Shown here: positions 40,117 to 47,860 of the stretch, piece after piece
Numbering within the stretch: position 1 is the stretch's first letter
Layout: every line of letters starts with the position of its first letter
NCBI GenBank assembly: GCA_934778215.1
Contig: CAKVOE010000002.1
Span: 383,069 to 447,068, forward strand
Reading direction: 5' to 3'
Origin: an uncultured Clostridia bacterium
Lineage (GTDB): Bacteria; Bacillota; Clostridia; Christensenellales; UBA1242
DNA: 64,000 nucleotides
Made by a program: the position numbers and the translations under genes
The notes under the pieces: model-generated
What the model saw: only the letters and a program-made list of their open reading frames with translations
What the model was told of the DNA's origin: nothing
Database searches by the model: none

Positions 40117-40953
40117 ATGAAGGTTGTAACTATTTGTGGAAGTATGAAATTTGCAAAGGAAATGCAAACTATTGCAGGCGTATTGGCAATAGAGAACGGC
40201 TGGTGTGTTTTACAATGCGTTTATGATTTAGATTTTGCAAATTTAACAAGCGAAGATTTGAATTTGTTAAAAAATGAACATTTAAAAAGAATAGAACTTT
40301 CAGATTCAATTTACGTTGTAAACATTGGTGGATATATTGGGAATTCGACCAAACTTGAAATTGAGTACGCAAAAAAATTAGGCAAAGAAGTTATCTATCA
40401 CGAATTCAACTTAGTAAGCGAACTAAATAATTATAAACCATTTAATGAAGACGAAAAAGAAAATGTAAAAAAGGTTTTGGACTTTTTGGCAAACAATACA
40501 AATTGTTACGATAGGTCTAATTTAAAAGGTCATGTAACCGCTGGTGGACTTATTGTTGACGGCAGTGGCAATGTATTATTAAATCATCACAAAAAGACAG
40601 GAATGTGGTTTCAGTTTGGTGGTCATAGTGATGGTGATACTAATTGCATCAATGTTGCTCGCAGAGAGATAAGCGAAGAGGCTGGGATTTTTGATTGTAA
40701 ACTTATTTCAAAAAATATTTTTGATGTCGATGTTCAACAAATTGCATATAGTGCGAAGAAAAATGAACCAGAGCATTTTCATTATGATATTAATTTTTTA
40801 TTTTTAGTTAGGGATAAAAACTTTGAAATCTCAAACGAGTCCACTGAGATTAAATGGGTCACTATTGAAGAAGCAAAAAGGCTTATAGATAAAGAAGATA
40901 AAGCCATGCAAAGAATGCTTGCAAAATATGAGTTGTATTGTAAACAAAATTAA
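40117..40953 (+). CDS. Fusion: nucleoside 2-deoxyribosyltransferase-like (DUF4406-like) N-domain + NUDIX hydrolase
   Basis: VVTICGSMKF...DSIYVVNIGGYIGNSTKLEIEYAKKLGK N-domain; Nudix box GGHSDGDTNCINVARREISEEAGI. Confidence 0.55.
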   Translation: MKVVTICGSMKFAKEMQTIAGVLAIENGWCVLQCVYDLDFANLTSEDLNLLKNEHLKRIELSDSIYVVNIGGYIGNSTKLEIEYAKKLGKEVIYHEFNLVSELNNYKPFNEDEKENVKKVLDFLANNTNCYDRSNLKGHVTAGGLIVDGSGNVLLNHHKKTGMWFQFGGHSDGDTNCINVARREISEEAGIFDCKLISKNIFDVDVQQIAYSAKKNEPEHFHYDINFLFLVRDKNFEISNESTEIKWVTIEEAKRLIDKEDKAMQRMLAKYELYCKQN

Positions 40954-40968
40954 CTAAAAGGTAAGGAT

Positions 40969-41085
40969 ATGAAACATATAGTAATATTAAGACAGCCATT
41001 TTTTAATATGGTTTTAAATGGAGAGAAGACAATTGAAAGCAAATGTTTTTTTGCATTAAAAAATTTGTTAAAAATTCGCAAATAA
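40969..41085 (+). pseudogene. 5' fragment of an ASCH-domain gene
   Basis: MKHIVILRQPFFNMVLNGEKTIES then unrelated tail and stop after 38 codons. Confidence 0.45.
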
Positions 41086-41139
41086 AAAATCGCCAAAACC
41101 CTATGAAAATAAATGGTTTTAGCGACTTTTATCAGTGTA

Positions 41140-41208
41140 GCTGGTGACGGTAATCGGACCCGTCCCCCACCTTACCAAGGCAGTGCTTTACCTCTAAGCC
41201 ACATCAGC
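41140..41208 (-). tRNA. tRNA-Thr(GGU)-like gene, atypical (possible pseudogene)
   Basis: Manual fold gives acceptor, D and anticodon arms (loop TTGGTAA). But T-loop is TCCGATT, variable region 3 nt, one acceptor mismatch, no CCA, only 69 nt. Confidence 0.45.
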
Positions 41209-41264
41209 GTAGTTTTTAGCTCCATAAATTTGGAGCCTATGAAAATGTAATTTGGGGAACAAAA

Positions 41265-41494
41265 CGCCTTACCAAGGTGGTGCTCTACCACTGAGCCACA
41301 ATATCATAAACCCTTATTTAGGGCAAATTATTTAGTTGTATTTTGGTTAAAACCGAATCTTACCAAGCAAGTGCTCTACCTACTGAGCTACGTTAGCATA
41401 AGTTGTTGCTCCATAAAATTTGGAAATATTAAGTTGTAAATTTTACCCCCAAATACCTTACCAAGGTGGTGCTCTACCGCTGAGCCACACCAGC
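41265..41494 (-). repeat. Three tandem 5' halves of tRNA-Thr(GGU) with ~50-nt hairpin-containing spacers
   Basis: c41265..41305, c41355..41397, c41454..41494 each run from the tRNA 5' end to just past the anticodon loop. Confidence 0.8.
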
Positions 41495-41789
41495 AAATGC
41501 TGTTTTTTGAATGATTTTTGCGGTGAAATTTAGTGGTTAAAAAGTGCTATTTTTGTTTTACCAACACATAACCTAAATTTTGTGAATACACCCCAGGTCC
41601 GCCCATAAATACTAGTCCTTAGGGTTGGATTTTTCTTTTATTTTCAATTTTAATTTTTGATAGTGGGGGTGGGGAGTATGCTTTGGAAATTAGTGTGGGC
41701 TTTTTGCTGGTAATTTTATTAAAATTGAAATGGAATACATAGAAAATATTGCCAAAATTAATAATATTTGATAAATTTTCAAAAAACAC

Positions 41790-41818
41790 TTGATTTTTGA
41801 ATTAAAATTATGTATATT
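41790..41818 (+). promoter_or_regulatory. Sigma-70-type promoter for tRNA-Ser
   Basis: TTGATT-17 nt-TATATT about 35 nt upstream of the tRNA. Confidence 0.55.
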
Positions 41819-41853
41819 AGTTGTGTTGATTGCGTAGAGCAATTAATTAATAT

Positions 41854-41943
41854 GGAGAGATGGCTGAGTGGTCGAAAGCGGCGGTCTTGAAAACCGTTGA
41901 GGGTGCAAGTCCTCCTGGGGTTCGAATCCCTATCTCTCCGCCA
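41854..41943 (+). tRNA. tRNA-Ser (anticodon UGA)
   Basis: GGAGAGA acceptor, CTTGAAA anticodon loop, long variable arm GAGGGTGCAAGTCCTCC, T-arm GGGGTTCGAATCCC, CCA. Confidence 0.9.
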
Positions 41944-42040
41944 TTTTAAACGTAAATCTTATGAACTAAGATTTGTGTTTTTTTATTTTCAAATATTGAG
42001 CTTTTAAATTTTTTATGGTATAATCTTAAAGGAGATAAAA

Positions 42041-42889
42041 ATGAAGACATTTAACGAAAGATTTAATTGTAAGATAAATGACAATCTATTTAATATATTT
42101 AAAGATCGTTGTATTGTTGCTGTTTTTGAAGTTTTAGATAAAAAAATAGTGAACAAACAGATAGAAACTGATTATCTAAAGCAAATAGGCGAAGGATCTT
42201 CATATTATGAAATTACAGTTAGCTATGGTCTAGGTATGGACTTTTTAACAGAGAAAAGCATAAAAGGAAAAGACACAATTATTGGCAAAGATTTGATTAG
42301 TTGCATTAATGAAAATAAGTTTTTATATAAAATGGAAATTATTATAAATCTTAAATCGCTTGAAGATAAAGATAAACTAAAACTCATCAATGAAATAAAG
42401 AACATTATAAATGAAACTAGACTACCAATTCTTCTTTTGCACAATAAAAAAGAAGCGTATTTTCTTCCTTCTAATTGCAAAGAATTAGACAAACAAGTTG
42501 ATAATACTTTTAATTGGTTGGATGCTTATCCAAGTGTTAAAAATGAATATATTAAAGCTATAAAGCAATTGAATTTAGATCCAAAAGAAAGTTTAAATAA
42601 TTTAAGAAAATCTTTAGAAGATCTTATTAAAATCATAACAAAAACTAATTCGACCAAAACAGATAAAATTAAATCGGCTTTATCAAAATACTTAAGTGAT
42701 AAGGGAATTACGTCGGAAATTATTAATGTATATAATTGTATATTCTCCCATTTAAATGATTATCAAAACAATTATGTAAAACATACAAATCAAAAACTTC
42801 CAGAACATATTTTCAATAAAAATGAAACAAATTTTTTATTGTATCAATATACCAATTTTATTCAATTTATTCTTTTATTAGAAAAATAA
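42041..42889 (+). CDS. Hypothetical protein, possibly Abi-like
   Basis: ORF with GGAG SD. C-terminal helical region LNNLRKSLEDLIKII...NDYQNNYVKH is only vaguely reminiscent of AbiJ/HEPN-type tails. Confidence 0.4.
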   Translation: MKTFNERFNCKINDNLFNIFKDRCIVAVFEVLDKKIVNKQIETDYLKQIGEGSSYYEITVSYGLGMDFLTEKSIKGKDTIIGKDLISCINENKFLYKMEIIINLKSLEDKDKLKLINEIKNIINETRLPILLLHNKKEAYFLPSNCKELDKQVDNTFNWLDAYPSVKNEYIKAIKQLNLDPKESLNNLRKSLEDLIKIITKTNSTKTDKIKSALSKYLSDKGITSEIINVYNCIFSHLNDYQNNYVKHTNQKLPEHIFNKNETNFLLYQYTNFIQFILLLEK

Positions 42890-42891
42890 AA

Positions 42892-43059
42892 GTGGCTACT
42901 TTATGCCGTGAAAGGTGCTTGACATGAGGTGGAATAAAAACATAATATCAAAGAAATGAAAGAAACAAGAGTATAATTCTTGTTTCTTTCTCTTAATTGA
43001 AAAGTTTTATCTTATTCCAGAGTCCTCATGTCAAGTTCACCATGGAATAAATTAGCCAC
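42892..43059. repeat. Long imperfect inverted repeat (two ~47-nt arms) around a central hairpin
   Basis: GTGGCTACTTTATGCCGTGAAAGGTGCTTGACATGAGGTGGAATAA versus TTATTCCAGAGTCCTCATGTCAAGTTCACCATGGAATAAATTAGCCAC; inner hairpin AAAGAAACAAGA-N8-TCTTGTTTCTTT. Confidence 0.75.
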
Positions 43060-43068
43060 GACTTTATT

Positions 43069-44568
43069 TTATACATATATTCTAACTTCAACTTCTTTAA
43101 AGTTTGGTATTGTTTTATTTTGTATGTATTGTGGCAATTTAGATGTAAATTCTGCAACAAAAAAGCCCTGATTTTTATCAGGACTTGTTTTTATTGGGCT
43201 ATTAAAAGTTATCTCTATTTTATCTTCAAAAACTTTTATTTCTTGAATAAGATAATCAATTAAAAGTTTAGGTTCAAGTTGCAATGCGTGAATGTAATAT
43301 TCTTTAATATCTTCTTTTGAGAGTTTAAGTATAGTTTTAGATTTTTCAATCATTATTTGTCTTTCTAATTCTTCAATTTGATTTTCAAGGTCTTTCATTC
43401 GTTTGTTTGTTGTATTGTTAACAACTCCTTGTTCAACTGCCTTCATTATATTGTTTAATGTGCTTTCGGCTTGTTTTTTATCCTTTAATAATAAATTTAA
43501 TATTGAATTGCCATTTGATTGAGATTCTTGTACTTTCATTATACCATCTATTATTTTATCCATATATTTTGAAGAAGAAAGTATTTTTATAATGTTATCT
43601 ACAATAAAGTTTTCAAACATTTCTTTTCTTACCATAGATTTTTTGCAACCATTTTTTCGTTTTCTTCCAAGACATTTATAATAGTGTCTCTTGGTGCCAT
43701 TACTCGCTGTTCCACATTCTGCACTAATTGGCATTCCACAATAACCACATTTAAGTTTATGCCTTAATAAATACACAACTTCAGTGCTTCGCTTTCCATA
43801 TTTGTTTAGGTTTATCTTTTGCCTAACATTATCATAAATTTCATTCGGTACTATTGCTGGATACATGTTATTAAAGATTTGTCCGTCAAATCTATAAATT
43901 CCAGAATATTTTTCATTTTTCAAAATGTTGTAAATAGTATTTCTTGCAAAAGGTTTGCCTTTGTTAAAAATTCTTTTTTCGGTCAACAGTAAAATTATAT
44001 CTTTAACATAAGTTCCAATAGAGTATTGTTTGTATATAAATCTTACAACTTCAGCTTGTTCTTCGTTCACTTTTACTTTATGGTTTTCTACATAATATCC
44101 ATAGATAATATTTCCACCAGTAAAATTTCCTTTAAGTCTTGTTTCATTCATCCCACGCTTTACTTTTTGAGCAAGTTCTGCTGAATAATATTCAGCCATT
44201 CCTTCAAGCAAACTTTCAAGTATTATGCCTTCAGGTGTGTCAGGGATATTTTCCATTGCAGAGAGTAGTTTTACGTCATTGTCTTTCAGTATCTTTTTGT
44301 TTTTAGCAGTTTCATATTTGTTCCTACTAAATCTGTCTAGTTTGTAAACAATAACATACTGCCATTCTTTATTTGCAGAATCTTTTATCATTTGTTGAAA
44401 ATCTGGTCTATTATCGTTTGTTCCTGTCATAGCTCTATCTATGTATGTGTTAAGAATAACAAAATTGTTATTCTTCGCATATTGTTCACATACTCTTAAT
44501 TGACCTTCTATGCTTTGTTCGGATTGACTATCTGAACTATATCTTGCATATATTACTGCTGTTTTCAC
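43069..44568 (-). CDS. Large serine recombinase
   Basis: AVIYARYSSDSQ catalytic-Ser motif, recombinase domain, zinc ribbon CGYCG...YYKC, C-terminal coiled coil. Start reassigned to GTG 44568 after AAGGAG. Confidence 0.85.
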   Translation of the reverse strand: MKTAVIYARYSSDSQSEQSIEGQLRVCEQYAKNNNFVILNTYIDRAMTGTNDNRPDFQQMIKDSANKEWQYVIVYKLDRFSRNKYETAKNKKILKDNDVKLLSAMENIPDTPEGIILESLLEGMAEYYSAELAQKVKRGMNETRLKGNFTGGNIIYGYYVENHKVKVNEEQAEVVRFIYKQYSIGTYVKDIILLLTEKRIFNKGKPFARNTIYNILKNEKYSGIYRFDGQIFNNMYPAIVPNEIYDNVRQKINLNKYGKRSTEVVYLLRHKLKCGYCGMPISAECGTASNGTKRHYYKCLGRKRKNGCKKSMVRKEMFENFIVDNIIKILSSSKYMDKIIDGIMKVQESQSNGNSILNLLLKDKKQAESTLNNIMKAVEQGVVNNTTNKRMKDLENQIEELERQIMIEKSKTILKLSKEDIKEYYIHALQLEPKLLIDYLIQEIKVFEDKIEITFNSPIKTSPDKNQGFFVAEFTSKLPQYIQNKTIPNFKEVEVRIYV

Positions 44569-44601
44569 TTTATTTTTTCTCCTTTTATTAAGTTTTATTT
44601 T

Positions 44602-44745
44602 TGTCTTTCGACAGAGCGAAAAGAAACGAAAATGGATTAAAATTCTTTTGTTTGTAATTTTTCTTTTCTTGTCAAGGGTTGTGAAACAATACATTTTACC
44701 CTTGACAAGAAAGAGTTTTCGTTTATGCTCTGTAACCGAAAGACA
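44602..44745. repeat. Nested palindrome between Rep stop and recombinase start
   Basis: Outer ~30-nt arms TGTCTTTCGACAGAGCGAAAAGAAACGAAAA / TTTTCGTTTATGCTCTGTAACCGAAAGACA; inner 11-bp CTTGTCAAGGG / CCCTTGACAAG. Confidence 0.75.
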
Positions 44746-44746
44746 A

Positions 44747-45628
44747 TCAATAAGCTTTGGGTAGTTTATCTATAAGAAATTTATCTTTATTCGGTTGTCC
44801 TAAAACTTCGCCAGTTTCAAAATCTAGGCATTTGAAGTCGTCAAAAAGTAAAATTTTTCTATCTTCTTGACCTATTTTGCAAACAACGTCATCATCTAAA
44901 ATATCTGCAACAAAATATGTTTGTAAGTGCTTTGAATAGATAACTTTTTCACCAGTTTTGCGAATGTATTTCATAATGTAATTAACTGCATCATTAACAC
45001 CAACATTATTGATTATTTCTTTGAAATCGTTCCTACCAAATCTCTCTAAAAAGAATGTGTTTTGATGGGCAATTTGCATTTGGTGTGTTTTAGTGGAGTA
45101 ATCTCTTGTTTCAATAATCTCGCCAACCATTTCAGTAATTACAAATATCCCATGAAAATGTAATCTCTCTAGTTTTGGACTTCGTTCAAACACTCCAATA
45201 TATTTCCAGACTTTTCTATGAGATAGATGTCTTAAACAAGTAAGTAATTTCTTTCTAAATTCTTCTTCGTTTAGTTTGTTGCTGTCATAGGTAAAAGTGC
45301 AAAAGTGAGTCCATTGTTGCAGTCCAATTTTTCTATACAATCTCGTAAGTCTAACTATTTTATTTCTCTTTTCTTTTTCTAAAGTTGCTTTAACAAACTC
45401 TTTCGCTTTTTCTTCATCTTTAATTTCTTCATTTATCTTTTCAATAACTTTTTCAGTTTTCTCTTTCTTTGTTCCTGTTTCAGATTTATATAACTGTTTA
45501 AGTTTTTCTTCGGTTTCATTTTTAACTCGCTTTTTGCTATTCTTTCGTTTCTTCCATATTTGTTTTTCAGGTGGTATTCCAATAAAATGACTACCATCAA
45601 AATATACTTTAGTTTTGGGATAGTCCAT
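44747..45628 (-). CDS. HUH-type rolling-circle replication initiator (Rep)
   Basis: Motif 1 HFCTFTYD, HUH motif RLHFHGIFV, Tyr motif AVNYIMKYIRK. Confidence 0.7.
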   Translation of the reverse strand: MDYPKTKVYFDGSHFIGIPPEKQIWKKRKNSKKRVKNETEEKLKQLYKSETGTKKEKTEKVIEKINEEIKDEEKAKEFVKATLEKEKRNKIVRLTRLYRKIGLQQWTHFCTFTYDSNKLNEEEFRKKLLTCLRHLSHRKVWKYIGVFERSPKLERLHFHGIFVITEMVGEIIETRDYSTKTHQMQIAHQNTFFLERFGRNDFKEIINNVGVNDAVNYIMKYIRKTGEKVIYSKHLQTYFVADILDDDVVCKIGQEDRKILLFDDFKCLDFETGEVLGQPNKDKFLIDKLPKAY

Positions 45629-45743
45629 ATTGCACCTCGCATTTTTTGAACGACATAATCTGATTCAGCATTGCCACCAAAAATTCATTGTCTAGCAAAG
45701 TTAAATCTAATTCGTTTTCAAATTCAATTTTTAGTTTTTGCAT
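45609..45743 (-). CDS. Small ORF (44 aa) overlapping the rep start
   Basis: Strong SD AAGGAG 9 nt before ATG 45743; overlaps rep by 20 nt; no similarity recognised. Confidence 0.35.
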   Translation of the reverse strand: MQKLKIEFENELDLTLLDNEFLVAMLNQIMSFKKCEVQYGLSQN

Positions 45744-46075
45744 AATTTTTAACTCCTTTTTGTAAATTTGGAATTAAAAAGGACATAGAAAAAACCTTGT
45801 TTTTCTACGCCCATAAAATGCAACCACTGGCTTTTAATTTTGGCTAAAAGCAAACCAATAAACTATCTTCTCGGTCTTACCATTTTTGCGTTGTCTTTTT
45901 ATTTCCAGTTTTACTTTAGCACAAGTTATTCACAAAATGTAATGACTTAACTTGTACTTTACCTATACAAAAAACAACTTTTCTTAACATTTACCCAAAC
46001 TAAACTTGTTATTACTTGATATTTCTTAACAAAAAAGAGTATGTATTTTACACACTCTATTTGTTTGTTAGATTA

Positions 46076-46204
46076 TATGCAATATGCTAAATATCTATCT
46101 TTAAATTTTCTTCTGCGTTTGTAAACAATGTCTGTGCTAACTCCTAAAAATTCGGCAATAAGTTTTACTTCAACACCATTGTAATAGTATTCTAAAATTT
46201 GGCT
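46076..46204 (-). pseudogene. C-terminal fragment of a sigma-70 region-4/LuxR-like HTH gene
   Basis: ILEYYYNGVEVKLIAEFLGVSTDIVYKRRRKFKDRYL; bounded upstream by a stop with no start codon. Confidence 0.3.
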
Positions 46205-46284
46205 TTACAATTTGTTAGTTATGTATTTGGAAAATGTCTTTGAAACAACAATATTGAAATTTGAAAACAAACTACAATACAATT

Positions 46285-46350
46285 TGCCGAGTGGTAAAAA
46301 AAAAGAGGTTTTGCGATAAGCCTGCGCGCAAACCTCTTTTTTACTCGGCA
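46285..46350. other. Long GC-rich-loop hairpin (bidirectional terminator-like)
   Basis: TGCCGAGT..AAAAAGAGGTTT-loop-AAACCTCTTTTT..ACTCGGCA. Confidence 0.6.
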
Positions 46351-46438
46351 ATGTTTGTTCAAAAGAAATGTTTTTTTGCTAGTTGTTTTTCTATTTTTGT
46401 AGTTCATTTTGTTTGTATTGTTTAATTGTTTTTATGTT

Positions 46439-46496
46439 CGTGTGCTTGTCTTCGGTGGAGCGTAGCGACACCGACTTGTATCAAGACAAGCACACG
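46439..46496. other. GC-rich compound hairpin
   Basis: CGTGTGCTTGTCT-TCGGTG-GAGCGTAGCGA-CACCGA-...AGACAAGCACACG. Confidence 0.6.
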
Positions 46497-46653
46497 TTTA
46501 AATGCCAATTTAGACTAAAATACTAACTTACGCCTTCAAATACAAAGCTTTAAACTTTAGATTTCTAAAGTTTTCTAAAAAAATCAACATAATTATTTAC
46601 ATTCCTAAATTTTTATGATATAATAAAAATATCTATATTTGGAGGGTCATATT

Positions 46654-46869
46654 TTGATTGTGTATTATAAATTTTATGATTATATCAAAAGACGAAAGAT
46701 TAAAATAAAAGATATAATCAATGAAACAGGAATATCCAGTGCAACACTTGCAAATCTTGGAACAAATAAAAGTGTTACAACCGACACAATTGGTAAATTA
46801 TGTAGTTATTTAAAATGCCAACCTAGTGAAATTATGGAATTTGAAGAAAAAGGAGTAGACAATGGGTAA
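46654..46869 (+). CDS. Small HTH protein, candidate R-M controller (C protein)
   Basis: IKDIINETGISSATLANLGTNKSVTTDTIGKLCSYL HTH; TTG 46654 lies 7 nt after GGAGGG; overlaps methylase start. Confidence 0.6.
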   Translation: MIVYYKFYDYIKRRKIKIKDIINETGISSATLANLGTNKSVTTDTIGKLCSYLKCQPSEIMEFEEKGVDNG

Positions 46870-47860
46870 ATTAAATTATATTGATTTATTTGCAGGTGTT
46901 GGGGGGTTAAGTTTAGGGTTTGATAATGCTGGATTCCAAAATTTATTTGCTGTAGAGTATGATAAAGTGTTTGCTGAAAATTATTCTCTTAATTTTAAAA
47001 ATCATAGAATACTATGTAAGGACATTAAAGAAATAGATGAAAGCGAGATTAGGTCAATAATTGGAGATACTAAAGTGGATATAATTATTGGAGGGCCTCC
47101 ATGCCAAGGGTTCTCAATTGCTGGGAACATAGGAAGAAATTTTATTGATGACCCAAGGAACAACTTATTTAAAGAATTTGTTCGTTTTGTAAAAATTATT
47201 CAACCCAAAATGTTTTTATTAGAAAATGTTGCAGCTATGGAAAAGCATAATAAAGGCAAAACATTAGAAATAATAAAAGAAGAATTTAAAAAATTGGGAT
47301 ATGAAATCAAACATAAAGTTTTGAATAGTAAATTTTACAATGTTCCGCAAGAAAGAAGACGAATTGTTCTAGTTGGAGCAAAAGATAAAAATAATTTTGA
47401 GTTTCCAATTGAAAATAATAAATTTATTAGTATAGAAGAAGCTATCGGAGATTTACCTCCCCTAAAAAGTGGAGAGAAAAGTTTAATTCCAAATCATTCA
47501 GCAATGAATCATTCAAAACAAATGCTTGAAAAAATGCAATACGTTAAAGACGGCGGAGATAGAAATGACATTCCATTAGAATTAAGGCCCAAATCTGGAG
47601 ATGCGAGAAAATATATAAGATATAATAGTAAAAAACCTTCTATATGCATAACAGGAGACATGAGAAAAGTTTTTCACTACAATCAAAATAGAGCATTGAC
47701 AAACAGAGAATTGGCACGAATTCAAACATTCCCAGATAACTTTACTTTTGTTGGGAATAATGGTAAAATACAACAGGCAATTGGGAATGCGGTGCCACCA
47801 AATCTTGCATATGAATTAGCACTAAAAATAAAGGAGGCTTTAAATGGCAAATTATCCTAA
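46862..47860 (+). CDS. DNA (cytosine-5)-methyltransferase
   Basis: Motifs DLFAGVGG (I), GGPPCQGFS (IV), ENV (VI), QERRRIVLVG (VIII), GNAVPP (X). Confidence 0.92.
   Translation: MGKLNYIDLFAGVGGLSLGFDNAGFQNLFAVEYDKVFAENYSLNFKNHRILCKDIKEIDESEIRSIIGDTKVDIIIGGPPCQGFSIAGNIGRNFIDDPRNNLFKEFVRFVKIIQPKMFLLENVAAMEKHNKGKTLEIIKEEFKKLGYEIKHKVLNSKFYNVPQERRRIVLVGAKDKNNFEFPIENNKFISIEEAIGDLPPLKSGEKSLIPNHSAMNHSKQMLEKMQYVKDGGDRNDIPLELRPKSGDARKYIRYNSKKPSICITGDMRKVFHYNQNRALTNRELARIQTFPDNFTFVGNNGKIQQAIGNAVPPNLAYELALKIKEALNGKLS

Larger units (their letters stand above)
42892..46500. mobile_element. Putative small integrative/replicative element (large serine recombinase + HUH Rep); boundaries not determined
   Basis: Adjacent recombinase and rolling-circle Rep genes, large palindromes at 42892..43059 and 44602..44745, HTH gene fragment, GC-rich hairpins at the right side. 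Confidence 0.45.

Noticed and set aside
34282-40953. Possibility that this region is a prophage
   Set aside because: No capsid, portal, terminase, tail or lysis genes are present. Only DUF4417/HNH-type accessory genes and small paralogous cassettes are seen.
41265-41494. Regularly spaced ~41-nt repeats with ~50-nt spacers looked superficially CRISPR-like
   Set aside because: The repeats are diverged copies of a tRNA 5' half, not identical. The spacers are homologous to each other, and no cas genes are present.
44569-44694. N-terminal 42-codon extension of the serine recombinase ORF
   Set aside because: The extension runs through the nested palindrome. The conserved AVIYARYSS N-terminus begins right after GTG 44568, which has an AAGGAG SD.
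46219-46407. 62-aa minus-strand ORF
   Set aside because: It spans the 46285..46350 hairpin and is basic and low-complexity; more likely non-coding.
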